From Balneolaceae bacterium (GTDB taxonomy: Bacteria > Bacteroidota > Rhodothermia > Balneolales > Balneolaceae), in the NCBI GenBank assembly GCA_040876545.1, contig JBBDPF010000029.1, positions 1,056 through 65,055 on the forward strand: a stretch of 64,000 bases of DNA, read 5' to 3'. The notes beneath the pieces are model-generated. The model saw only the letters and a list, made by a program, of their open reading frames with translations. It did not search any database and was not told where the DNA came from. A program made the position numbers and the translations under genes. Of this stretch, positions 9,018 to 17,432 are shown piece after piece (positions within the stretch are counted from its first letter, which is position 1; each line of letters opens with the position of its first letter).

Positions 9018-10091
9018 ATGACCAAACCCAATAACAAATCACTTTCAATAAATAAAGGAACCGAAGTACATGAATCGGTGAACCCAAACTATGCTTCAAA
9101 AAAAGTAAAGTTGAGAAGTATGGATGAATATGTTGAAGGAATTAAATCCGGAAACAGGGCTTTTTTATCGCAAGCTATTACGTTGATTGAAAGCTCTAAA
9201 AATGAGTATCGTCAGCTGGGACAGCAGATTTTGGAGAAGGTGATTCATCTGACCGGAAATTCTGTGCGAATTGGAATTACCGGTGTACCCGGTGTTGGGA
9301 AAAGTACTTTTATTGAAGCATTGGGCCGGCAAATATTGAAAGATGGTGGATCATTAGCCGTTCTCGCTGTGGATCCAACAAGCAGCCGAAGCAAAGGAAG
9401 TATTTTAGGTGATAAAACACGCATGGAAACTCTCTCTACTCATGAAAGGGTATTCATCCGACCCTCACCAACCTCCGGGAATTTAGGGGGAGTAGCACGT
9501 AAATCCCGCGAAACGATGTTGCTTTGTGAAGCCGCAGGGTTTGAAACGATTTTTATTGAAACCGTTGGTGTGGGTCAATCAGAAACATCGGTTCACAGTA
9601 TGGTTGATTTTTTCCTTCTGTTAATGTTGGCCGGTGCCGGAGATGAACTTCAGGGAATTAAGCGGGGAATTATGGAGATGGCGGATCTGATTGCCATCAA
9701 CAAGGCAGAGAAGGATAATTTAAGTGCTGCCAAAAAAGCTCGGCAAGAATATGAAAATGCATTATCACTCTTTCCGCCATCCCCATCAGGCTGGAAACCA
9801 AAAGTAGTAACCTGTTCAGCTTTAAAAGGGGAGAGAATTGATGAGGTGTGGGCTCAAATCAACGAATATTTTGATCAAACCAAGAAAAACGGGTTTTTTA
9901 ATAGCCGCAGAAAAGAGCAGTCTACCTATTGGATGTACGAGACGATAAATCAGGAATTAAAGAGCCGGTTTTTTAAGAATCCTGTAATTGAAGAGCAGCT
10001 CAAACTATTTGAGGAGAAAGTTAAGGACGGTAAAATCAGTTCTTTTAGAGCCGCAGAAGAGCTGCTGAAGATCTTTGAGAAATCGGAGTAG
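9018..10091 (+). CDS. meaB: methylmalonyl-CoA mutase-associated GTPase MeaB (ArgK family)
   Basis: The translation has the P-loop GVPGVGKST, the switch region VGVGQSE and an NKAE (NKxD-like) motif. It is 357 aa long. An alternative start lies at M35. Confidence 0.9.
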   Translation: MTKPNNKSLSINKGTEVHESVNPNYASKKVKLRSMDEYVEGIKSGNRAFLSQAITLIESSKNEYRQLGQQILEKVIHLTGNSVRIGITGVPGVGKSTFIEALGRQILKDGGSLAVLAVDPTSSRSKGSILGDKTRMETLSTHERVFIRPSPTSGNLGGVARKSRETMLLCEAAGFETIFIETVGVGQSETSVHSMVDFFLLLMLAGAGDELQGIKRGIMEMADLIAINKAEKDNLSAAKKARQEYENALSLFPPSPSGWKPKVVTCSALKGERIDEVWAQINEYFDQTKKNGFFNSRRKEQSTYWMYETINQELKSRFFKNPVIEEQLKLFEEKVKDGKISSFRAAEELLKIFEKSE

Positions 10092-10098
10092 AAAATTT

Positions 10099-10911
10099 CT
10101 ATTTCATTTCCAGTTCAGCTTTTTCTGAGCTAAATCCTACATCTTCTTCTTTCACTTCACCCAGTGATTTTTCCATCTCTGCACGAAGTTTTTGAATAGA
10201 CAGGCCACTGGTAAGATCTCCGTTTTGAGCCACGGAAATTCGGCCATTTTCCTCTGAAACCGTCACCACAAATACGTTATTGGTTTCACTGATCCCTACA
10301 GCCGCCCTGTGACGTGTACCAAATACAGACGAAATATTTGGATTTTGAGAAATTGGCAGATAGCAGCTGGCAGCCACAATTCTATTATTTCGAATAATTA
10401 CGGCCCCATCATGAAGAGGAGTATCTTTTTGAAAAATGGTTTGTAATAATTGTGCATTCACTCTGGCATCAAGTTTTACTCCAACATCAACCAAATCCTG
10501 AAGGGATGAACTGCGCGCAAAAACAATCAATGCGCCGGTTTTTGTATGAGCCATGTTTCGAACGGCTTCAACTACTTCATCAATGACAGAATCGGAACCT
10601 GACTTTCCGGTAAATCGATCAAAAGACGTATTCTGACCCAGGCTATAAAGAAGTTTTCGGATTTCGGGCTGGAAAATGATAAATACGGCAAGTACACCCA
10701 CATCCAAAATACTGCGTAGCATAAAATTAAGAGTCGTGAATCCAAGGAGGCTAACTACTGCATTTATGATAATAATAAACAGGAGGCCAAAAGCAGCCTG
10801 AATAGCAAAGGTTCCCCTGATCCACCGATAGAGGTAATATAGAACAGTGGCAATAACCAGCGTTTCGAGCAGGTCTTTTATACCAAATTCTAAAAATCCA
10901 AAAGGTATCAC
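10099..10911 (-). CDS. cdaA: diadenylate cyclase CdaA (c-di-AMP synthase)
   Basis: Three N-terminal transmembrane helices are followed by a DAC domain with the HDGAVII and GTRHRAAVG motifs. The start codon is GTG. Confidence 0.9.
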   Translation of the reverse strand: MIPFGFLEFGIKDLLETLVIATVLYYLYRWIRGTFAIQAAFGLLFIIIINAVVSLLGFTTLNFMLRSILDVGVLAVFIIFQPEIRKLLYSLGQNTSFDRFTGKSGSDSVIDEVVEAVRNMAHTKTGALIVFARSSSLQDLVDVGVKLDARVNAQLLQTIFQKDTPLHDGAVIIRNNRIVAASCYLPISQNPNISSVFGTRHRAAVGISETNNVFVVTVSEENGRISVAQNGDLTSGLSIQKLRAEMEKSLGEVKEEDVGFSSEKAELEMK

Positions 10912-10922
10912 GTTCTGTAGAT

Positions 10923-11777
10923 CTAATTATTTGCAGCGGTAACTGCATTGAAAATTTTTATTGAGTCAGCAGCTTCTTTTACATCATGAACTCTAATGAT
11001 GGATGCTCCTTTCATCAGGCAATGATAATGAATGGCAATTGTGCCAATCAACCGATCATTCACATCGCGGTTTCCTAAAATTTTGCCGATCATCGCCTTT
11101 CTGGATGCACCTATTAAGATAGGATATTTTAAGGAGGAAAAATGATCCAAATCTCCAATAAGTCGGGCATTATGCTCAAGTGTTTTTCCAAAACCAATTC
11201 CCGGATCTAATAGAATGTTTTCGACTCCTCCTGCATTCAGCTCCAAAATTTTCTTCCCAAAAAATGTATAGATATCATCAATTACGTCAGAATAGGACGG
11301 ATTATTCTGCATAGTTTTGGGATCTCCCTGCGAATGCATACAAATGTAAGCACAGCCTGACTTTCTGCACAACTCCACAAAACGCGGCTCATTTTCCAAT
11401 CCGCTAACATCATTGATAATATGTGCTCCTACCTCAATCGCTTTATTTGCGACGTCGTATTTAGTGGTATCGATCGAGAAAAGGGTATCCGGGAATTTAT
11501 TGACTGCATGTTTCAAAACCGGAATGGTTCGTTCCAGTTCATCTTTAACAGAAACAGGATCGGCACCCGGGCGGGTTGATTCTCCCCCAATATCAATAAC
11601 TGAAGCTCCCTCGTTAACCATTTTCTCAATGTGAGATAGGGCAGTATCAACACTCGTAAATTGACCGCCGTCTGAGAATGAATCGGGAGTTACATTTAAA
11701 ATCCCCATTATTTTTGGCGTTTGCAGATTTAACTTTTTATTTCTGCACTGTACAGTGGAAAAGGGGGATGTATTCAT
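10923..11777 (-). CDS. folP: dihydropteroate synthase
   Basis: The translation contains GILNVTPDSFSDGG, DIGGESTRPG and further pterin-binding motifs. Confidence 0.9.
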   Translation of the reverse strand: MNTSPFSTVQCRNKKLNLQTPKIMGILNVTPDSFSDGGQFTSVDTALSHIEKMVNEGASVIDIGGESTRPGADPVSVKDELERTIPVLKHAVNKFPDTLFSIDTTKYDVANKAIEVGAHIINDVSGLENEPRFVELCRKSGCAYICMHSQGDPKTMQNNPSYSDVIDDIYTFFGKKILELNAGGVENILLDPGIGFGKTLEHNARLIGDLDHFSSLKYPILIGASRKAMIGKILGNRDVNDRLIGTIAIHYHCLMKGASIIRVHDVKEAADSIKIFNAVTAANN

Positions 11778-11798
11778 TCTTGAAAATCACATAAAAAA

Positions 11799-12137
11799 TT
11801 AATCCCACTCTTCTTTAAGAAGCTCTAATTTGCCCTTTTTCTCTGCCCATTCATCGGCATCTGGAAATTCATCTTGAGTTTCATTGATGATATGATCTTC
11901 CCAATTTTCGGCAAGCCTTTCATTCAGTTCAATATAATGCTCCCACTCTTCAGGAACTTCATCATCAGCATAAATCGCTTCAACAGGACATTCGGATACA
12001 CAAGCATCGCAATCAATACATTCAAGTGGATCGATTGTTAAAAAGTTGGGTCCTTCACGAAAAGCATCAACCGGACAAACAGCCGCACAGTTTGTGTATT
12101 TACAATTGATACAGGGTTCAGTAACTACGTATGCCAT
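11799..12137 (-). CDS. fdxA: 7Fe-type ferredoxin (FdxA-like)
   Basis: The translation has the two cluster motifs CINCKYTNCAAVCP and CIDCDACVSECP, followed by an acidic C-terminal tail. Confidence 0.85.
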   Translation of the reverse strand: MAYVVTEPCINCKYTNCAAVCPVDAFREGPNFLTIDPLECIDCDACVSECPVEAIYADDEVPEEWEHYIELNERLAENWEDHIINETQDEFPDADEWAEKKGKLELLKEEWD

Positions 12138-12277
12138 GGGGGTAATTCAGTTTTAAATATTTTTAGTGATCAAGTAACGAGTGTAGCTCTAATTGCACAA
12201 AAATTCAATCTAAATTAACGATTTAAGATGATTAGACTATGAATTTTGATTCGTAAAAATTAGAGGGCCTGAAATTT

Positions 12278-12697
12278 TTACCTGTTAAAAATCAGTTCAG
12301 AATCATACACTTTTACATCTGCCCATAAGTGATTATATGTATCAATAAATTCCAGATGATCCGGATGATCTGCATAAACATTATAATCATCTATGGTTTC
12401 GAACCATGTAAAAATGGAATAGACAAAAGAATGATCGGTTACATCTCTGACTTCCGTTGATCCCGGAACCCCCACTTCAGCTTTGTATACCTCTTCAATT
12501 CCTACAAGTTCTTCCAACCCTGTTTCAAACTGAGCTATTTCTTCGGATGTAACACCATCATTCAAATAAAAATACACATTGTGTTGCAACAGTCCAACGG
12601 TGCTTTCTGTTTCGGATGATTGACTTTCTGTCTGCTGACACGAGATAACGCCTATACATATAATTGCGAAGGAAAGTAGTTGCAAAGTAATTTTCAT
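12278..12697 (-). CDS. Dabb (stress-responsive alpha/beta-barrel) family lipoprotein
   Basis: A signal peptide with lipobox VISC is followed by a roughly 100-aa region (HNVYFYL...F..GL..L..I...) that resembles a Dabb domain. Confidence 0.55.
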   Translation of the reverse strand: MKITLQLLSFAIICIGVISCQQTESQSSETESTVGLLQHNVYFYLNDGVTSEEIAQFETGLEELVGIEEVYKAEVGVPGSTEVRDVTDHSFVYSIFTWFETIDDYNVYADHPDHLEFIDTYNHLWADVKVYDSELIFNR

Positions 12698-12821
12698 GTT
12701 TTATACCATAGTTTAATGTTTTTTAATCAGTTTAATATACATTATATGAAGAATCATTCATATTTGAGAAGTGCAAATATATTGTAAACTACTGAGTCTT
12801 TGGATTAAACCGACGATCGTA

Positions 12822-13787
12822 TCAATGATATTTTTTCCTATATTCAAATGGTGTTAAACCAGTTACTTTTCTGAATACAGTTCGAAATGATTTTGTATCT
12901 GAATATCCCACATCATACATAATTTCATTTACATTTTTCCGGGTTGTTTCGAACGATCTCTTAGCCACTTCTACCTTAACTCGTTGAATGTATTCAACCA
13001 GAGTGTTGGATGTTGCTTTTTTAAACCTTCTCTCCAAACTTCTGCGACTTATTGCCAGCGATTCAACCAAATCATTCACGGTCAGTTTTTCACCATAGTT
13101 TTTTTCAATAGTCTCCTGTGCTTTTTTAACTACTTTATCATCATGATCTTTTTGTCCCTCAAAAATAATAAATGGAGATTGGCTGTCCTTGTCAATATCA
13201 ATATTAAACGCTTTTGAAATATGAACAGCGACATCTCTTCCGGCATTTTTCTCAATCAGGTACAACAAGAGGTTCAAAAATGCATAGGCGCCTCCGCTGG
13301 TATAAATACCATCTTTTTCAGTCATAATTTTATCATCTACCAATACTACATTAGGATAGAGTTTTCTGAAATTATTGGCGTGCATCCAGTGGGTAGAACA
13401 TTGCTTGCCGTCTAAAAGCCCCGTTTCTGCCAGGAAAAAAGCTGCGACACATAAACTCGCCACCTCTGCCCCATTCTTGTAATGATGCAGAATCCACGGT
13501 ATAAATTCCTGATTTTGCTTTTTGGCGGTTGATATCTCATCAAAAATTGCCGGGATTATAATCAAATCTGTTTTCTCAACATCGCTCATCATGCAATCCG
13601 GTTTCACAGAAAAAATTCCGGGAGATTTCTCCGTAGTACGTTCAACCCCCACTAAATGGATATCAAAAACCGGATTTCGCCTCATCTGTTGTAACACAGG
13701 ATTCACCATTGAAAATATTTGATGCGTTCCACCGATGTTAACCACACTGGTATTGCCGCGGGGTATTAAAATAGATACGTGTTTCAT
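12822..13787 (-). CDS. GlxA-type AraC family transcriptional regulator (DJ-1/PfpI-like N-domain plus AraC HTH)
   Basis: The N-terminal part is class-I glutamine amidotransferase-like. The C-terminal part has the paired AraC HTH (LTVNDLVESLAISRRSLERRFK...DVGYSDTKSFRTVFRKVTGLTPFEYRK). The gene is divergent from the island that starts at 14006. Confidence 0.85.
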   Translation of the reverse strand: MKHVSILIPRGNTSVVNIGGTHQIFSMVNPVLQQMRRNPVFDIHLVGVERTTEKSPGIFSVKPDCMMSDVEKTDLIIIPAIFDEISTAKKQNQEFIPWILHHYKNGAEVASLCVAAFFLAETGLLDGKQCSTHWMHANNFRKLYPNVVLVDDKIMTEKDGIYTSGGAYAFLNLLLYLIEKNAGRDVAVHISKAFNIDIDKDSQSPFIIFEGQKDHDDKVVKKAQETIEKNYGEKLTVNDLVESLAISRRSLERRFKKATSNTLVEYIQRVKVEVAKRSFETTRKNVNEIMYDVGYSDTKSFRTVFRKVTGLTPFEYRKKYH

Positions 13788-14005
13788 TTCAATGAGAGTA
13801 AGGATTGGTTGATTGCTACTGAAGGTTTGTCCGGATACACGGCAGGATTCTATAAATAACTAAATCCCGGTGTCGCAATCAACCCGTAAGAATGGCGTAA
13901 TCACCACGCGCGAAGGTGTTTATAAGAATGTATTTTAATAAAAAATGAATCATTCAAACAAGTCTTCAATGCTTAAGAAACCGTTGAGGCCTACAAATAA
14001 AATCC

Positions 14006-14494
14006 ATGAAAAACTTTTTGATCATTCAATTTGATCTCCATCAACGCCTTTTCAACAATGTACTGAATGGCTTTACCGAAGAAGAGACCAATCGTCGTCC
14101 TTATGGTGACACCAATGTGAATCACGTAAAATACCTGGCGGGACATCTGCTGAATTCCCAATATGCATTACCCATGATTGCCGGTTTAGAACCGGAAGTA
14201 AAATGGAATGAATTGTTTGCCGCAATGGGACAATCAGTAGCCAAAGATGATTTCCCCTATCCAACCATAGAAGAAATAAAAGATGAATGGAACGCATGGT
14301 ATGAGCCTACTCGAAAGGGATTAATGAAACTTTCTAATGAAGATTTAGGGTCGCCACTACCTGCTCCATTTAACGAAGTTTCGGATTCGAAAGGAGATTT
14401 CTGGGCGTTTATCAACCATCATCAGGCGTACCATATTGGGCAGATCAGCATTTTGAGGAAAGTGTTCGGAAAAGAGCCTATGAGTTATGAGTAA
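14006..14494 (+). CDS. DinB superfamily protein
   Basis: The protein is sized like a four-helix bundle and has the His triad pattern (NHVKYLAGHL ... NHHQAYHIGQ). Confidence 0.7.
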   Translation: MKNFLIIQFDLHQRLFNNVLNGFTEEETNRRPYGDTNVNHVKYLAGHLLNSQYALPMIAGLEPEVKWNELFAAMGQSVAKDDFPYPTIEEIKDEWNAWYEPTRKGLMKLSNEDLGSPLPAPFNEVSDSKGDFWAFINHHQAYHIGQISILRKVFGKEPMSYE

Positions 14495-14540
14495 AGAGTT
14501 TTTCAGTAATCAATAGAACCGTAAACAAAATTTCGAGATT

Positions 14541-15272
14541 ATGTCAAAGTCAGATATCCAATATTCATTACCAAAAATTGTAACCCGGGACGAATGGTTT
14601 GCCGACCGAAAAGCACTATTGGAAGAAGAAAAGAAAGCCACCCGCCTGCTGGATAAGCTAAGAGCTAAGCGCAGGCGGCTGCCGATGGTTAAAATAGAAA
14701 AGAACTACACGTTTGAAGGGCCAAATGGAACGGTGAGTTTGCCTGATCTTTTTGAAGGCCGGCAACAACTTCTTGTTCATCATTTTATGTGGTTTGATGA
14801 ACCAGATACCTTTTGCCACGGCTGTTCGCTCGAAGCAGATCAGAATTATAATGATGCTTTCTTTGCGGAAATGGATTCCCATGATGTTACCATTGCCGCC
14901 GTTGCGCGTGCACCCTTCAATAGAATCCAGCAGGAAAAATCCGGGAAAGGCTGGAATTTCCCTTTTTATTCCTCTCAGGGCACGGATTTTAATTACGATT
15001 TCCAGGCAACCCTTCATCAGGCTCGGAATACCGAATTTAATTACCATTCGAATGCCATTACTGATTTATTTGACGGGTATGAAGGCGATTTACCGGCCCG
15101 AAGTGTTTTTCTGAAAGATGGTAACACTGTTTATCATGCTTATTCGGCATACACCCGCGGATTAGGTTTCCTGGCCACACATTATAACTACCTGGACCTG
15201 ACACCTTACGGCAGACAGGAAAGCTGGGAAGATTCGCCTGAAGGATGGCCCCAAAAGCCAGCTTATGGGTAA
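14541..15272 (+). CDS. DUF899 thioredoxin-like protein
   Basis: The translation shows the DUF899 pattern REEW..R..LL..EK..TR..D.L...RR.LPMV...K.Y.F.G and the motif CHGCS. It is a paralogue of 16058-16822. Confidence 0.8.
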   Translation: MSKSDIQYSLPKIVTRDEWFADRKALLEEEKKATRLLDKLRAKRRRLPMVKIEKNYTFEGPNGTVSLPDLFEGRQQLLVHHFMWFDEPDTFCHGCSLEADQNYNDAFFAEMDSHDVTIAAVARAPFNRIQQEKSGKGWNFPFYSSQGTDFNYDFQATLHQARNTEFNYHSNAITDLFDGYEGDLPARSVFLKDGNTVYHAYSAYTRGLGFLATHYNYLDLTPYGRQESWEDSPEGWPQKPAYG

Positions 15273-15341
15273 TTCCGGAAAAATTCTGGGGAATTTTATA
15301 CGAATCTGTATAGACTTAAGCTAAATTAAAGGAGAAAATAC

Positions 15342-15491
15342 ATGTGTCCATTTTGTATAGCAATGGTTACAGCCGGAGCAACTTCTGCTGGTGGATTGAC
15401 GGTTTTTACTGTAAAAAAATGGAGAAAACTGAAAGAAGACTCTTCACCAAAAAAACATTCAAACAAAAGAAAAAACAAACCCAATAATTAA
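15342..15491 (+). CDS. 49-aa CxxC membrane peptide (below the ORF-track threshold)
   Basis: The ATG is preceded by aaaggag 7 nt upstream. The peptide is MCPFCIAMVTAGATSAGGLTVFTVKKWRKLKEDSSPKKHSNKRKNKPNN, which reads as CxxC, one transmembrane helix and a basic tail. It ends 8 nt before the next gene. Confidence 0.4.
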   Translation: MCPFCIAMVTAGATSAGGLTVFTVKKWRKLKEDSSPKKHSNKRKNKPNN

Positions 15492-15499
15492 CTCCTATT

Positions 15500-15916
15500 A
15501 TGAAATCAGTAAACCCTTATCTCAATTTTAATGGACAAACCGAAGCAGCTTTCAACTTTTATCAATCTGTATTTGGTGGTGAGCTGGAGATCAGCCGCTA
15601 TGGAGATCTTGATGACAACATGGGCGCCACAGGCGAAACATTGAATCTTGTGGCAAATGCATCTCTCTCCCTTACGGGTGATATCAAACTTTTTGGCTCT
15701 GATATTCTTGAATCCTTGGGACAAACATTAATCAGGGGTAACGATTTCCATATCAACCTGGAAACCGAAAGTGAAGAAGAAACCAAACAGTTATTTGGAA
15801 AACTGACAGAACATGGTGAAATACAGATGCCTCTGGAACATACTGGCTGGGCTGAAAAGTTCGGGATGGTCAAAGACCAGTTCGGCATTCAATGGATGAT
15901 TTATTACACAGGCTAA
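15500..15916 (+). CDS. VOC/glyoxalase-fold protein (PhnB-like)
   Basis: The translation has NPYLNFNGQTEAAFNFYQSVFGG and a C-terminal DQFGIQWM motif. It is a paralogue of 21440-21874. Confidence 0.8.
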   Translation: MKSVNPYLNFNGQTEAAFNFYQSVFGGELEISRYGDLDDNMGATGETLNLVANASLSLTGDIKLFGSDILESLGQTLIRGNDFHINLETESEEETKQLFGKLTEHGEIQMPLEHTGWAEKFGMVKDQFGIQWMIYYTG

Positions 15917-15930
15917 ACATAAACTTGATT

Positions 15931-15995
15931 TCTTTGCACCCTGGAATTTTAACCGCCCCGAGAAATCTGAGAAATCGGGGCGAAGAGCGCAAAGG
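15931..15995. repeat. repeat-family fragment (reverse-oriented copy of the unit-A right arm with an internal mini-hairpin)
   Basis: The reverse complement reads tcctttgcgctcttcgcccc..ggggcggttaaaat. Compare cctttgcgaaatccttcgcgacccttgcggttaaaat at 8085-8121. Confidence 0.55.
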
Positions 15996-16057
15996 AAAAA
16001 TAAATACGACCATGAGTACCTCACAAAACAAACAATAATCCTATAATCTAAAATATT

Positions 16058-16822
16058 ATGAGAGAATCAGAATTAACACTCCCCGAAGTGGTATCACGGG
16101 AAAAATGGCGCATAAAACGAAAAGAACTCCTCAAAAAAGAAAAAGAACTCACGCGATTGCAGGATGCACTAAATACCGAACGCCGCCACATGCCAATGGT
16201 GGAAATCGACAAAAATTATGAATTTCAGGGGCCAGACAGAAGCATGCAACTTCTCGATCTGTTCGAAGGCCGTCTCCAGCTAATCGTTTATCATTTTATG
16301 TTCGATCCCGATTGGGAAAAAGGCTGTTCAAGTTGTACGGCCTGGGCAGACCAAATTGCCAGGGGGCACCTCCGTCATCTTCAAAGCCGTGGAACGACTC
16401 TTGCCCTTATCTCCAGAGCCCCGATTAATAAAATTCATGCTTTTAAAAAACGTATGGACTGGAAAATGCCGTGGTATTCATCTTTTGGAAGCGACTTTAA
16501 TTATGATTTTCATGCAACCCAGGATGAATCTATAGCTCCTGTTGAATACAATTATCGTGATAAAGAAACCCTGGAGCATTTGGGGCAACACTATCACATC
16601 AAAGGTGAACAACCGGGTATAAGTTGTTTTGTCAGGACAGGCAAAAAAGTATTCCATACGTACTCAACCTATGGGCGGGGAATGGAAGCAGCTGGTGATG
16701 CCAATTATTTTCTTGATTTAACTATACTTGGCCGCCAGGAAGAGTGGGAGGAACCCAAAGGTCGATCAACCGGGTCAGGAGCCATGGCCGGTAGTGATAA
16801 AATTCTGTATCCCGATGAATAG
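16058..16822 (+). CDS. DUF899 thioredoxin-like protein (second copy)
   Basis: The architecture matches 14541-15272 and the protein carries the motif CSSC. Confidence 0.8.
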   Translation: MRESELTLPEVVSREKWRIKRKELLKKEKELTRLQDALNTERRHMPMVEIDKNYEFQGPDRSMQLLDLFEGRLQLIVYHFMFDPDWEKGCSSCTAWADQIARGHLRHLQSRGTTLALISRAPINKIHAFKKRMDWKMPWYSSFGSDFNYDFHATQDESIAPVEYNYRDKETLEHLGQHYHIKGEQPGISCFVRTGKKVFHTYSTYGRGMEAAGDANYFLDLTILGRQEEWEEPKGRSTGSGAMAGSDKILYPDE

Positions 16823-16833
16823 GGAGTAGATAG

Positions 16834-16888
16834 TCTTTGCGTCCCTCCGCGTCTTTGGCGGTTTAATTTAAGCACAAAGAGAAATTCC
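16834..16888. repeat. repeat-family fragment (right-arm-like)
   Basis: The stretch tctttgcgtccctccgcgtctttggcggtttaa resembles the unit-A right arm. The following aagagaaattcc is identical to 8043-8054 in the A1 loop. Confidence 0.55.
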
Positions 16889-16901
16889 TAATGAAAAACT
16901 T

Positions 16902-17384
16902 ATGCTCACACTTCGTTTAGCTACTTTAGATGATCTTGATTTACTTCAACACTGGGATCAACAACCCCACGTAATTGCCACGGTACCTAATGAAGAATGG
17001 GATTGGGAACCTGAACTTCGGAAAAATACAGACTGGCAGGAAATGCTGATCGCAGAGTTGAATGGAAGGTCTATCGGATTATTACAAATAATGGATCCGG
17101 TCTGTGAAGAAACCCATTACTGGAGTGACATAGAAGAAAACTGCCGGGCGATTGACATCTGGATCGACGAAAAAGAAAATCTCGGCAAAGGTTACGGAAC
17201 ACAAATGATGAACCTGGCCATTGAGCGCTGCTTTACAGATCCAAAGGTTCATACCATCTGGATTGACCCGCTGAAATCTAACACAAAAGTACATCGGTTT
17301 TAAGAACGGATGGGTTTTGAATTTGTAGAAAAGCGCCGGTTTGATGAGGATGATTGTTTGGTTTACAAGTTAAATCTAAAATAG
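16902..17384 (+). pseudogene. GNAT N-acetyltransferase interrupted by an in-frame TAA
   Basis: The ORF stops at TAA 17301-17303 (...NTKVHRF*). The same frame then continues as ERMGFEFVEKRRFDEDDCLVYKLNLK*, which is the normal GNAT C-terminus (FY-E-x-GF). The stop sits where Tyr (TAT/TAC) is expected. Confidence 0.7.
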
Positions 17385-17432
17385 ACCAGCCAGAGAAAAA
17401 ACTATAACAGATCTTACTGCAAATACTTCCCT

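Noticed and set aside
7996-9019. Integron-like gene cassette array, with arms acting as attC sites
   Set aside because: The window has no IntI-type integrase and no attI. The arm ends (GCGGTTAAAA / AACCGC) do not fit the GTTRRRY core-site consensus. Only one of the three units carries a gene.
8111-9019. CRISPR-like array suggested by the identical 40-nt repeats
   Set aside because: There are only two full copies and one 21-nt partial copy. The spacing is 567 nt and contains a protein gene. There are no cas genes and no regular repeat-spacer periodicity.
16902-17384. Programmed recoding (selenocysteine or pyrrolysine) at the in-frame stop of the GNAT gene
   Set aside because: The stop codon is TAA, not TGA or TAG. 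A plain nonsense mutation of a Tyr codon explains it more simply.
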